Assembly (NCBI GenBank): GCA_001784285.1
Contig: MFQC01000011.1
Coordinates: 3,640 to 67,639 of the forward strand
Direction: 5' to 3'
Source of the DNA: Candidatus Magasanikbacteria bacterium RIFCSPHIGHO2_02_FULL_48_18
GTDB taxonomy: Bacteria > Patescibacteriota > Patescibacteriia > Magasanikbacterales > UBA922
Length of the DNA stretch: 64,000 nucleotides
Part shown: positions 36,817-46,726 of the stretch, in pieces
How positions within the stretch are numbered: position 1 is the stretch's first letter
Layout: every line of letters begins with the position of its first letter
Notes under the pieces: model-generated
Database searches by the model: none
What the model saw: only the letters and a program-made list of their open reading frames with translations
Told to the model about the DNA's origin: nothing
Position numbers and translations under genes: made by a program

Positions 36817-37230
36817 TTATTTTTTATCAACGACTTTTGATTTCACGGATAATTTATGCCCTGCCAATTTCAGCGCCTCCGTTGCGTTTTTAGGGGAAAT
36901 ACCGCCGATTTCAAACATGATACTGCCCGGCTTTATGGTGCACACGTACTGTTCCGGAGCGCCTTTTCCTCCACCCATGGGCAATTCGTTTCCCTTTTTG
37001 GTAATGGGGCGATCAGGAAAAATGCGAATCCATACTTTTCCTCCGCGACGCACATATCGTGTCAGCACCCGGCGGGCGGCTTCAATCTGGCGGGATGTCA
37101 CCCACCCGTGGGACTGCGCCGATAATCCAAAATCGCCAAACGCAACAGAGGTAAAACGAGTTGCAACCCCTTGTCCTCTGCGACGGAGCTTGTGCCATTT
37201 TCTGTGTTTGACTTTTTTTGGTAACAACAT
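36817..37230 (-). CDS. rplP: 50S ribosomal protein L16
   Basis: SRQIEAARR; WIRIFPD; MGGGKG. Confidence 0.97.
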   Translation of the reverse strand: MLLPKKVKHRKWHKLRRRGQGVATRFTSVAFGDFGLSAQSHGWVTSRQIEAARRVLTRYVRRGGKVWIRIFPDRPITKKGNELPMGGGKGAPEQYVCTIKPGSIMFEIGGISPKNATEALKLAGHKLSVKSKVVDKK

Positions 37231-37245
37231 ACAAACGCGTGAGAA

Positions 37246-37971
37246 TTATTCGTGATGCTCTTTTGCACGAATCCGGGTTCGTTTCTTTTTTTCCGGTTCT
37301 TTTTCTTCTCCCCCTTGTTTTTCAAATATATCTTTTCGGCCAAACACCTCTCCTTGGTACACCCATACCTTCACGCCAATTTTTCCATAAATCGTATTTG
37401 CTTCGACAAAGCCATAATCCACGTCGCTTCGCAGGGTGATCAGCGGAATTTTTCCCATGGAGAGCGTTTCTTCGCGGGCAATTTCAACACCATTCAACCG
37501 GCCGGACATTTGAATTTTAATACCACGGGCTCCAGCCTTCATGGTGCGCTCAATGGCTTGCTTCATCACGCGACGAAAGGGAATGCGGCGTTCTGTCTCA
37601 GAGGCGATACCTTGGGCGACAATCCTGGGCGACAACGCGGGGGATCGGACTTCTTGAACGTTGAGCTTCGCCTTCGTCGACATTTTTAAAATTGAGCGTT
37701 CAATATACTTGCGGACTTCGTCAAGCCCCTTTCCGCCGCGGCCAATAATAAATCCTGGTTTTGCGGCAAAAAGCGTAATGGTCATATTTTTGGGACCGCG
37801 TTCAACACTCACACTATCAATATGCGCGTCTTTGAATTTACGCGCCAAATACTCGCGGATCAAAATATCTTGCTCGGCGCACGCCGCATAATTTTTTCTG
37901 GAAAACCATTTTGAATCCCACGTATAAATAATCTGCGTTCGATGGATTCTTGGATGCACTTTATGTCCCAT
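37246..37971 (-). CDS. rpsC: 30S ribosomal protein S3
   Basis: MGHKVHP; SGRLNGVEIAR; YGKIGVKVW. Confidence 0.97.
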   Translation of the reverse strand: MGHKVHPRIHRTQIIYTWDSKWFSRKNYAACAEQDILIREYLARKFKDAHIDSVSVERGPKNMTITLFAAKPGFIIGRGGKGLDEVRKYIERSILKMSTKAKLNVQEVRSPALSPRIVAQGIASETERRIPFRRVMKQAIERTMKAGARGIKIQMSGRLNGVEIAREETLSMGKIPLITLRSDVDYGFVEANTIYGKIGVKVWVYQGEVFGRKDIFEKQGGEEKEPEKKKRTRIRAKEHHE

Positions 37972-37987
37972 ATCATGAATATCAAAA

Positions 37988-38380
37988 TTATGACGCTTGA
38001 ACTTTTGTGGCGTCCGGCGCCTTCTTTTTTACCCCGTCATCCACCTCTCCGGAAAGCACAATCGTAATGTGGCTGGTTCTTTTTCGAATGTGCGACGCGC
38101 GACCAAATGCCCGAGGCATCCATCGATACAAAATGGGGCCGCCATCAACAAATGCGGACGAGACGACCAGACTTTCTTTTTTCAAAGCGCTATTTTGAAC
38201 AGCGTTCGCCATTGCGGAGCGCAACAATTTCAATACGGGCGCTGATGCTTTTTTGTTCAAAAATTGCAACTGAACTTCGGCTTCCTTGGCATTCATGCCA
38301 CGAATCACATCGATAATCAAGCGCACCTTTCGCGGGCTCATCCGAAAAAATCTCAATTGTGCTCGTGCGTTTCCTTGCAT
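37988..38380 (-). CDS. rplV: 50S ribosomal protein L22
   Basis: RMSPRKVRL; PRAFGRA..IRKRTSHIT. Confidence 0.97.
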   Translation of the reverse strand: MQGNARAQLRFFRMSPRKVRLIIDVIRGMNAKEAEVQLQFLNKKASAPVLKLLRSAMANAVQNSALKKESLVVSSAFVDGGPILYRWMPRAFGRASHIRKRTSHITIVLSGEVDDGVKKKAPDATKVQAS

Positions 38381-38407
38381 ACCCTAAAACAAAATCGTAT
38401 AAAATAA

Positions 38408-38701
38408 TTATTTGCTTTCTTCTTTTGATTGGGCCTTTGCCATTTTTCCTCCATGACTCCGGAATGTTCTTGTCGGAGAAAACTCGCCCAATTTGTGACC
38501 CACCATATTTTCTTCCACAAAGATATCCGTAAATGTTCGTCCATTATGGACCAGAAAATGCATACCGACCATATCCGGCGTAATCGTGCTCGCTCGCGCC
38601 CATGTTTTAATAGGCTTGCGGTCTCCCATTTGCAGGGCTTTCCGGACTTTTTCGGCAAGTTTGGAATCAATGTATGGGCCTTTTTTTAAACTTCGGGACA
38701 T
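38408..38701 (-). CDS. rpsS: 30S ribosomal protein S19
   Basis: MSRSLKKGP; [13 protein letters not shown]. Confidence 0.98.
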   Translation of the reverse strand: MSRSLKKGPYIDSKLAEKVRKALQMGDRKPIKTWARASTITPDMVGMHFLVHNGRTFTDIFVEENMVGHKLGEFSPTRTFRSHGGKMAKAQSKEESK

Positions 38702-38734
38702 AATACTAAAATTTGCTAAGTATCCTGAGACAAC

Positions 38735-39577
38735 TTATTTCTTCTTTTTTCTTGTTTGAATAATAAATTTATTGCTCCATTTTCCATGTTTTCTGGTTTT
38801 GACACCCAGCGCTTTCTTTCCCCACGGCGTCTTTGGGCCGCCTTTCAATCCAATCGGGTTTGATCCTTCTCCGCCGCCATGCGGGTGATCAACCGGGTTC
38901 ATAACCTTTCCGCGGACGGTTGGCCTCCAGCCTCGGTGGCGCATGCGTCCGGCCTTTCCGATGCGCACCAATTTGTAATCGGAATTCCCCATACTGCCAA
39001 CGGACGCCATGCATTTTTTTTGGATGAGACGAACTTCTCCGGATGGAAGTTTGATCTGCGCATACTCGCCTTCCAGCACCTGGAGTTGCGCCCCAAGTCC
39101 GGCGCCTCGAACCAATTGACCGCCCTTCCCCGGGACCAATTCAATATTATACACAAACAATCCAACGGGGATATGCTCAAGCGGCATGCGGTTGCCTGTT
39201 TTGGCTTCAATTTTTTTCTGCGAAGAAAGAACCACATCGCCAACGCCCAAACCTTTGGGGGCCAACATATATGATTTTTGACCGTTGTGGTACTGAATGA
39301 GCGCAATGCGAGGACCGCGATTGGGATCATATTCTATCGCTTGAACCGTCGCCGGGACATCGTACATGGTTTGCCGGAAATCAATGGTCCGATACAGTTG
39401 TTTGGCGCCGCCGCCGCGATGACGGACCGTGATCTTTCCGGTATTGTTTCGGCCGCTGTGCTTTTTTAATCGGCGAGTCAATGCCTTTTCCGGTTTGCGT
39501 TTTGTGATATCAGAAAAATCCTGCACACTTGATTTGCGTCTTCCGGGCGTTGTGGGTTTGTATTTTTTTATAGGCAT
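38735..39577 (-). CDS. rplB: 50S ribosomal protein L2
   Basis: IEYDPNR; MNPVDHPHGGGEG. Confidence 0.98.
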   Translation of the reverse strand: MPIKKYKPTTPGRRKSSVQDFSDITKRKPEKALTRRLKKHSGRNNTGKITVRHRGGGAKQLYRTIDFRQTMYDVPATVQAIEYDPNRGPRIALIQYHNGQKSYMLAPKGLGVGDVVLSSQKKIEAKTGNRMPLEHIPVGLFVYNIELVPGKGGQLVRGAGLGAQLQVLEGEYAQIKLPSGEVRLIQKKCMASVGSMGNSDYKLVRIGKAGRMRHRGWRPTVRGKVMNPVDHPHGGGEGSNPIGLKGGPKTPWGKKALGVKTRKHGKWSNKFIIQTRKKKK

Positions 39578-39602
39578 ATCGTGCTGTGTTCAGACGTCCA
39601 TT

Positions 39603-40070
39603 TTACACTCCCTCATGAATATGAATAGTTTTGCCTTTTGGGAGAGAAACCACCGCTTTTTTCCAATCGCTACGTTTTCCGCGATTGCGTCCAAAACGCA
39701 ATCGTTTTCCTTCCATGCACAGCATGGAGACTCGCTTTGGCAGAATGCCATACTGCTGTTTTATAGCGAATTTCACATCAATCTTCGTCGCCGAATTTGA
39801 AACCGCAAAAGTATATATACCCTGGCTTTCCGCGAGCGTCGCTTTTTCGCTGATAATAGGGTGGAGTACCACGGTGCGAAACTTCGGTGACTGTTCATGT
39901 GCGGAAACCGTGTCCGATGCGCTCGTGCCAGAAGGCGTTGCCATGCCCGCTTCCTGAGGCGCCGATACTGTCTTTGCATCTGTCTTTTTTTCCGAATCAG
40001 AAGCAGAACTCCGGACAGCCTTGAGTTGTTCTTGTTCTTTCTTTTTTGACCAGCGATTCAGGAGTCCCAT
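39603..40070 (-). CDS. rplW: 50S ribosomal protein L23 with N-terminal extension
   Basis: PIISEKA; YTFAV; WKKAVV. Confidence 0.93.
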   Translation of the reverse strand: MGLLNRWSKKKEQEQLKAVRSSASDSEKKTDAKTVSAPQEAGMATPSGTSASDTVSAHEQSPKFRTVVLHPIISEKATLAESQGIYTFAVSNSATKIDVKFAIKQQYGILPKRVSMLCMEGKRLRFGRNRGKRSDWKKAVVSLPKGKTIHIHEGV

Positions 40071-40091
40071 AGGATAATAATGCAATGCTGT

Positions 40092-40721
40092 TTATGAGGC
40101 AAAACGTTTTTCCAAGGCGGCAATTCCTTCCTTGGTGGTTATCACATACTGATGGTGCAGTAAATCGCGCACATTCACGTCACTCACTCGTGCTATGTCG
40201 AACGAAGGCACGTTCTGTATGGATTGTTGAAGCATGTGATCGTTGGCCGATGTCAAAAACACTGCGGTTTTTCCTTCCCCGGGCAATCGTTTTCGAAGTC
40301 CGGCCATGGTTTTGGTCTTTCCGTCATTGACGATATCAGACACCACAATCAATGCGCCGTCTTGGACTTTTCCAGATAAACACATCCGGACGGCAAGCGC
40401 ATTCATTTTTTTATTGATTTTTTGTTTATAATTTCGTATGGATAACGGCCCAAACGTTACACCGCCGCCCGCCCAAATGGGCGACCGTGTTGATCCGTGG
40501 CGCGCTCGGCCTGTTCCTTTTTGTTTCCACGGCTTTCGTCCGCCGCCACGAACTTCGCCTCGATCTTTGGTGTCAGCCCACGGCTGTCTCGCGTTTGCTT
40601 CAAGCGCGCGATATACCTGGTGGATCACGGACTTCTTTGGCGCAATGCCAAAAATCGCATCGGAAAGTTCATAATTTCCTTCGGCCGCTCCTGCTTGGTT
40701 GTAGATTGGTACGGTGACCAT
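40092..40721 (-). CDS. rplD: 50S ribosomal protein L4
   Basis: RGEVRGGGRKPWKQKGTGRARHGS. Confidence 0.97.
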   Translation of the reverse strand: MVTVPIYNQAGAAEGNYELSDAIFGIAPKKSVIHQVYRALEANARQPWADTKDRGEVRGGGRKPWKQKGTGRARHGSTRSPIWAGGGVTFGPLSIRNYKQKINKKMNALAVRMCLSGKVQDGALIVVSDIVNDGKTKTMAGLRKRLPGEGKTAVFLTSANDHMLQQSIQNVPSFDIARVSDVNVRDLLHHQYVITTKEGIAALEKRFAS

Positions 40722-40743
40722 AAAGAAATAACAAAAGGAAATC

Positions 40744-41391
40744 CTATATTTCAATATCTCCCTGTGTCGTCGAGATCAAGACGAGTCCGCCTCGAGCGCC
40801 CGGAATCGCTCCTTTAATCAAGAGCTCATGGTCGTCTGGACGAACTTCCACCACTTCCAAATTCTTCACCGTCACCCGGTCATCCCCCATGTGTCCGGCC
40901 ATGCGGATGCCTTTAAACACCCGCTGGGGACCGGTTGAGCCAATACTTCCCGGCATGCGAAGCTGATCTTTGTGACCATGGGTGGCGAGCGATCCGGCAA
41001 ATTTGTGGCGTTTGACAACGCCTTGAAACCCTTTTCCTTTTGATTGGCCAACCACCTTCACTTTTTCACCTGGCTCAAAAATTTGTACCGTATATACTTG
41101 GCCTTTTTGCAATGGAGATTCTTGCGGCACTCGAAAATCACGCACATATCGGACGGTAACAGCCTTATCTCCAAATGGAATTCCTTTGAAATGTCCTTTT
41201 TGCGCTTTTGGAACGCGAAAAATTTTTTGTGTTCCAAAACCAATTTGTACGGCGTGAACTCCGTCTTTTCCTTCGTGCTTTACTTGGGTCACGACACATG
41301 GGCCAGCCTGAACGCGCGTGACCGGAACAACCGTGCCGTCGGGTCGAAATACCTGTGTCATGCCAATTTTTTTTCCAAGAATAAATTTCAT
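40744..41391 (-). CDS. rplC: 50S ribosomal protein L3
   Basis: GKKIGMTQ; KGKGFQGVVKRH; PGSIG. Confidence 0.97.
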   Translation of the reverse strand: MKFILGKKIGMTQVFRPDGTVVPVTRVQAGPCVVTQVKHEGKDGVHAVQIGFGTQKIFRVPKAQKGHFKGIPFGDKAVTVRYVRDFRVPQESPLQKGQVYTVQIFEPGEKVKVVGQSKGKGFQGVVKRHKFAGSLATHGHKDQLRMPGSIGSTGPQRVFKGIRMAGHMGDDRVTVKNLEVVEVRPDDHELLIKGAIPGARGGLVLISTTQGDIEI

Positions 41392-41678
41392 ACGAAACCA
41401 GGATATCGCTCAAAATGCTCAGACTTCTTCTCTTGATACAAAAAACTAGAAAGAAAAAACACATGATGGAGAACCGAATGCGTGAAGCAGTGGAACACAA
41501 TGTGTCTTTTCTTTCTAGCCTTTATTGGTAAAAAGAAATAGCTTTTGTATATTGAAAAATGTTACACGTTTTTTTCCTTTTTTCCATGATTTTTTCCTCT
41601 CAAATGTTTTCCCCGCAGGGGATCTTATTTGGGTGAAAAAACACGGGATTACAGGCCAAACAGATGTAATTCAGCACC

Positions 41679-41707
41679 ATTGTATACAAGTTGCTGTTGT
41701 TTGTCAA
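41679..41707 (-). promoter_or_regulatory. Sigma70 promoter between rpsJ and rplC
   Basis: TTGACA-17-TACAAT on the minus strand. Confidence 0.7.
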
Positions 41708-41739
41708 GAACCAAAAAAACCACTCATGCACAGGCGCGT

Positions 41740-42144
41740 TTAACCCATTTTTATTTCCACGTCAACTCCACTCGGTAAATTCAAATTCATCAAGGCGTCA
41801 ATCGCTTTTGGAGAAAGACCATAAATATCAATAAGACGTTTATGGGTTCTCATTTCGTATTGCTCTTGAGCCGTTTTGTGAATAAATGTCGCTCGGTTAA
41901 CACTAAATTTATTTTTTTCAATTGGAAGAGGGACGGGGCCGACAACCTTGGCATTATGGCGCTCCGCGGTTTCCACGATCGTCTTCGTGGCGCTGTCAAT
42001 GATTTTGTGGTCGTACGCGCGGATTTTAATGCGAACACGAGGGCCGGCATCATCCTGTGTTTTTGAATGCGGAACAGGTGTTTTTATTTTCGGCGCCTGC
42101 GTTGTGTCTTGGTCGACATCGACTTTCTTCGTCTCGGTTGTCAT
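41740..42144 (-). CDS. rpsJ: 30S ribosomal protein S10 (N-terminal extension)
   Basis: RIKIRAYDH; GPVPLP; EQYEMRTHKRLI. Confidence 0.96.
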   Translation of the reverse strand: MTTETKKVDVDQDTTQAPKIKTPVPHSKTQDDAGPRVRIKIRAYDHKIIDSATKTIVETAERHNAKVVGPVPLPIEKNKFSVNRATFIHKTAQEQYEMRTHKRLIDIYGLSPKAIDALMNLNLPSGVDVEIKMG

Positions 42145-42197
42145 ACGAAAGAAAAATGAACAAATCCCCCCTCTCGCGAGAGGGGGGACATCAAATA

Positions 42198-43391
42198 TTA
42201 TTTAAGAATTTTGGTTACCACGCCAGCGCCAACGGTTCGTCCGCCCTCACGAATGGCAAAACGCATTTTTTCTTCCATGGCGACAGGGACAATCAACTTG
42301 ATAATCAAATTGACGGTGTCTCCCGGCATGACCATTTCCGTGCCTTGCGGCAAAGTCACATCCCCTGTGACATCGGTTGTTCGAATGTAAAACTGAGGCT
42401 TATAGCCGGAAAAGAATGGTTTGTGGCGTCCGCCTTCTTCTTTTGTTAACGAATAGACTTCGGCTTCAAATTCGGTATGAGGAGTAATGGTTCCCGGTTT
42501 CGCCAATACTTGTCCTCGCTGTACTTCCTCTTTTTTGGTGCCGCGAAGCAGGACGCCTGCGTTATCTCCCGCCTGGCCCTGATCTAGACTCTTGTTAAAC
42601 ATTTCAATGCCCGTGACCGTGGTTTTTGCCACTTCGGCTCCCATGCCGACAATTGCAACTTCATCTCCAATTTTTACCACACCGCGTTCAACACGGCCAG
42701 TGACGACGGTGCCGCGCCCTTCGATGGAAAATACATCCTCAATCGGCATAAGGAAGTCCTTGTCCAAAGCACGTTGCGGCTCTGGAATATATTCATCCAA
42801 TGTCTTCAAAAGATCCAAAATAGGCTTTGACGCGGCGTCATCGTTTGGATTTTCCAACGCCTTCAGCGCAGAACCGCGAATAATTGGCGTGGTGTCTCCG
42901 GGAAATTCATATTTTTTCAACAAATCCCGGATTTCTTCTTCCACCAAATCGATGAGCTCTGGGTCAGACACCTGATCCACTTTGTTCAAAAAGACAACAA
43001 TATACGGGACACCAACCTGGCGAGCAAGGAGAATGTGCTCACGGGTTTGAGGCATTGGGCCATCGGCCGCGGAAACAACCAAAATAGCGCCGTCCATCTG
43101 CGCCGCGCCGGTGATCATGTTTTTTACATAATCGGCATGACCCGGACAGTCAACGTGGGCATAGTGCCGGTTTTCGGTTTGGTATTCGACATGAGCGGTT
43201 GCAATGGTAATTCCTCGCGCTCTTTCCTCCGGCGCTGAATCGATCTCTGAAACACTTTTTGTTTGTGCGACAAGACCATGCGCGCCAGCAACTTTTAAGA
43301 TTGAGGCGGTCAACGTTGTCTTCCCATGGTCAACGTGACCAATGGTACCGACGTTTATATGCGGTTTTGTTCGTTGGAATTGCTCTGCCAT
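42198..43391 (-). CDS. tuf: Elongation factor Tu
   Basis: GHVDHGKTT; [15 protein letters not shown]; NKVD; [10 protein letters not shown]. Confidence 0.99.
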   Translation of the reverse strand: MAEQFQRTKPHINVGTIGHVDHGKTTLTASILKVAGAHGLVAQTKSVSEIDSAPEERARGITIATAHVEYQTENRHYAHVDCPGHADYVKNMITGAAQMDGAILVVSAADGPMPQTREHILLARQVGVPYIVVFLNKVDQVSDPELIDLVEEEIRDLLKKYEFPGDTTPIIRGSALKALENPNDDAASKPILDLLKTLDEYIPEPQRALDKDFLMPIEDVFSIEGRGTVVTGRVERGVVKIGDEVAIVGMGAEVAKTTVTGIEMFNKSLDQGQAGDNAGVLLRGTKKEEVQRGQVLAKPGTITPHTEFEAEVYSLTKEEGGRHKPFFSGYKPQFYIRTTDVTGDVTLPQGTEMVMPGDTVNLIIKLIVPVAMEEKMRFAIREGGRTVGAGVVTKILK

Positions 43392-43593
43392 ACAACGAAA
43401 ACGTGGCCGCGCCAAATCGAGTGGTCGATTCAGTTTTGTAATCCAGCGGCGTTTTTTTAAATAAAATAAAAAATATTCTATGGAAAAAATAGCTTCTCTT
43501 TTGGATAACTAAAAAAAGAAAATGCGTGATGATTATAAAGAAAAAATGAAAATTCGTCAAGTGGCACCCCTGGGGATAGCGGCGCCGCGCATC

Positions 43594-44100
43594 CTAGAGC
43601 GGCTCTTCCAAAAAAACCGGCTCATCATCGTCAAGCGGTTCATTTGGCGCCGTAAACATGACGTTAGAAGCGTGCGCCCCCGCTTCCTCTCTGATGGGAG
43701 AAAGCGACGTGTGTTCATCGAAAGAACCGGAAGAGGCCATGCTCGCCATGCTTGACGCCGTTTCCTCATGAGACGCGCGACTGTCAGTTTCCGGTAGAGA
43801 CCGTTCGGGATACTGCCGTTCCAAAACATCTTTCGTCTGCACCCATGTGCCTTCTTCTTGTTCTTTTTGGGTTCTCCAAAGCGCAATATCACGATTGATC
43901 CGATCAATAAATTCATCGCTCGATAATCCTCGAATATCTTCTTTCCGCGCAAAAGAAACATCCGGCGCGCCGCGCTGGTCCAACAGCGCCTCATAGTCAT
44001 CAACATCCAAAAGAACAATATCCCGTCCATTGAAAGGGTCATGAACCACGAGACGGTCGCCCGTTCGTTGGGCAAGATCGATAAGTCGTTCGAGAGACAT
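43594..44100 (-). CDS. Conserved-looking hypothetical protein with acidic tail
   Basis: MSLERLIDLAQRTGDRLVV...DYEALL...RINRDIALWR...FLEEPL. Confidence 0.7.
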   Translation of the reverse strand: MSLERLIDLAQRTGDRLVVHDPFNGRDIVLLDVDDYEALLDQRGAPDVSFARKEDIRGLSSDEFIDRINRDIALWRTQKEQEEGTWVQTKDVLERQYPERSLPETDSRASHEETASSMASMASSGSFDEHTSLSPIREEAGAHASNVMFTAPNEPLDDDEPVFLEEPL

Positions 44101-45390
44101 ATAAAAAAAGAAAAACAAGGACAGACACACGAGAGAGTATATCGTTCTTCCAAGGAAAACGTCAAGGAAAAATGCCACAAAAAAATTCCCCGGCCGGAGA
44201 ATTTTTGATGTATTTCACGATACAAATGTGACAAGAAACCAAGAGCATCTATTTTCTGATAATTTCATCCTGTACCAAGGATGATTTCCCCGACTACGTC
44301 GGGAAATCGACTGAAGGTCACCCCGCTTTCGCGGGGAGTTTCTCCAGAAAGGAGGTGATCCATCCACAGCTTCCGCTACGGATGCCTTGTTACGACTTTA
44401 CCCTGATTACTGACCTCACCTTGGTCCCCTTGCGGAGCCTTCGGGTGCTGCCAACTTTCGTGGTATGACGGGCGGTGAGTACAAGACCCGAGAACGTATT
44501 CAACGCGCCGTAGCTGATGCGCGTTTACTAGTAAATCCAGCTTCATGAAGACGAGTTGCAGCCTTCAATCCGTACTGAGACCAGTTTTTTGGGATTAGCT
44601 CCGCCTTGCGACTTGGCAACCCTTTGTACTGATCATTGTATCATGTGTGTAGCCCTGGACGTAAGAGCCATGCTGATTTGACGTCGTCCCCACCTTCCTC
44701 CCGGTTGCCCGGGCAGTCCCCCGAGTACATTTAACTCAGGGCAAGGGTTGCGCTCGTTACCCCACTTAAGGGTACACCTCACGGCACGAGCTGACGGCAA
44801 CCATGCAGCACCTATCGAGCACCTTCGAAAGCGTCCCCGATTTCTCGGGGCTTGCAGCTCGTAGTTGAGCCCAGGTAAGGTTCGCCGCGTACCATCGAAT
44901 TAAACCACATGATCCTCTACTTGTGCGGGTCCCCGTCTATTCCTTTGAGTTTTAACCTTGCGATCGTACTCCCCAGGTGGCGCACTTAACGCGTTTGCTT
45001 TTTTAAACGGCACTGAGAGGGTCGATACTCCCAATACCTAGTGCGCATTGTTTAGGGCGTGGACTACTGGGGTATCTAATCCCATTCGCTCCCCACGCTT
45101 TCGTCCATGAGTGTCAGGCACGTTCCAGCAAGCTGCCTTCGCCTTTGGTGTTCCTATCGATATCAGCGCTTATTACGACTACACCGATAGTTCCGCTTGC
45201 CTATCCCGGCCTCAAGTGAATCAGTATTGACAGCAGTCCCGATGTTAAGCATCGGGATTTAACCACCAACTTGATTTACCACCTGCGGACGCTTTACACC
45301 CAATAAATCCGGACAACGTTTGAGGTCTCTGTATTACCGCTGCTGCTGGCACAGAGTTAGCAACCTCTTATTCATGTGGTACCGTCACAA

Positions 45391-45700
45391 CCCCACACCT
45401 TTTATGCTTCATTAATGCTGTTCAAAATTCGCTTTTTCAATTGCGCGTACCCTTTTGCGAATTGCTTCAATCTCTTTTCCCGAATTTCAGCATCTTTCCA
45501 CGAAAGATATGCTTCGTAGTACACCAGTTTCAGTGGCCGGCGATATGCTGTTGATTTCGTTTTGCCATCAGTATGTTCCTGAAATCGTCTGCGCAAATCA
45601 TCGGTAACACCAATGTACAATTGTGCATCTTTCATGCTTTTGAGAATGTATACATAATACATAGTATCGAAGTATACCATAAAGCATAAAAGGTGTGGGG
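45391..45700 (-). mobile_element. Intervening sequence in 16S V3 bounded by a perfect 19-bp inverted repeat
   Basis: CCCCACACCTTTTATGCTT...AAGCATAAAAGGTGTGGGG; removing it restores GGGAAGAAT|TTGTGACGGTACC. Confidence 0.9.
45402..45662 (-). CDS. GIY-YIG nuclease (86 aa) inside the 16S insertion
   Basis: MYYVYILKS....LYIGVTDDLRRR..EH; YYEAY....A..RE..LK. Confidence 0.92.
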   Translation of the reverse strand: MYYVYILKSMKDAQLYIGVTDDLRRRFQEHTDGKTKSTAYRRPLKLVYYEAYLSWKDAEIREKRLKQFAKGYAQLKKRILNSINEA

Positions 45701-46587
45701 ATTCTTCCCACATAAAAGCAGTTTACACCCCGAAGGGCGTCTTCCTGCACGCGGCGTCGCTCCGTCAGCCTTTCGGCCATTGCGGAATATTCTTGACTGC
45801 AGCCTCCCGTAGGAGTCTGGGCAGTATCTCAGTCCCAGTGAGGCAGGTCACGCTCTCACGCCTGCTACTGATCGGTGCCTTGGTAGGCCATTACCCTACC
45901 AACAAGCTAATCAGACATAGGCCCCTCTCCGAGCCAAAAAAGATTTACATGGGAATGTCATACGACCCCCCATGACCATCGGGTATTAATCCACCTTTCG
46001 GTGGGCTATGCCCGTCTCGGAGGCAGGTTACCAGTGTGTTACTCACCCGTTTGCCGCTAGATTCCGACCGAAATCGGAACCACGCTCGACTTGCATGCCT
46101 TAGACACGCCGCCAACGTTCGTCCTGAGCCAGGATCAAACTCTCAATAAAGAGATGAGCGAAGCGAGTCCTTTATTGAGCCCTGAGCACACTCCGACAAA
46201 GTCGGAGGGCGAAGGGCCATTTGGACTCACATACGTTCATCAGTTGTTGTCTCTCGACAACAGAAGAGTTCACCTTTTTTGATTGCTCAAAAAAGATATG
46301 CTCAAAATTTGGATAATAGACGTCTTTGTCTTTCTTTTTACAGAAAGACCGGTTCTTGTCACATTTGTATTGTGAATGTTGTGGTAAATTGTAACGAACA
46401 TTCTTCCGCTAGAAAGAAAAAAGAGAAACCTTTTTATTCCCAGTGTTCTGTTCAATATCTGCAGATAGAAGATCTACACCATACGGACACAAGACGGGAC
46501 AACGGTTGCTCTTTTTTCTTCCCAGTTCCCCGATGTCCATCGGGGCTTGAGAAAAGTATAGATTGTTATGGTATAGAACCGAGCATG

Positions 46588-46616
46588 AGTATATAGGGAG
46601 CGCTTTTCTTTGTCAA
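46588..46616 (-). promoter_or_regulatory. rRNA promoter
   Basis: TTGACA-17-TATACT upstream of 16S. Leader 46353-46376 is complementary to trailer 44213-44237 (processing stem). Confidence 0.75.
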
Positions 46617-46726
46617 GGGCGTTTCTTGTGGAGAAGGTGGGGATAAAATACGGGAACAAAAACAACATGAGCCAAAGGGTTTCCTTCAGCTCGTTTTACC
46701 TCCTTTGTATATGATTTTTTTTCTTT

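Larger units (their letters stand above)
44346..46150 (-). rRNA. rrs: 16S rRNA with a 310-bp insertion; not linked to 23S
   Basis: AGAGTTTGATCCTGGCTCAG, CCTACGGGAGGCTGCAG, GTGCCAGCAGCAGCGGTAA, AAGTCGTAACAAGG and GATCACCTCCTTT on the minus strand. Confidence 0.98.

Noticed and set aside
45598-46282. Short ORFs overlapping 16S, and the 17-codon N-terminal extension of the GIY-YIG ORF
   Set aside because: These lie in rRNA or inverted-repeat sequence; the nuclease most plausibly starts at 45662.
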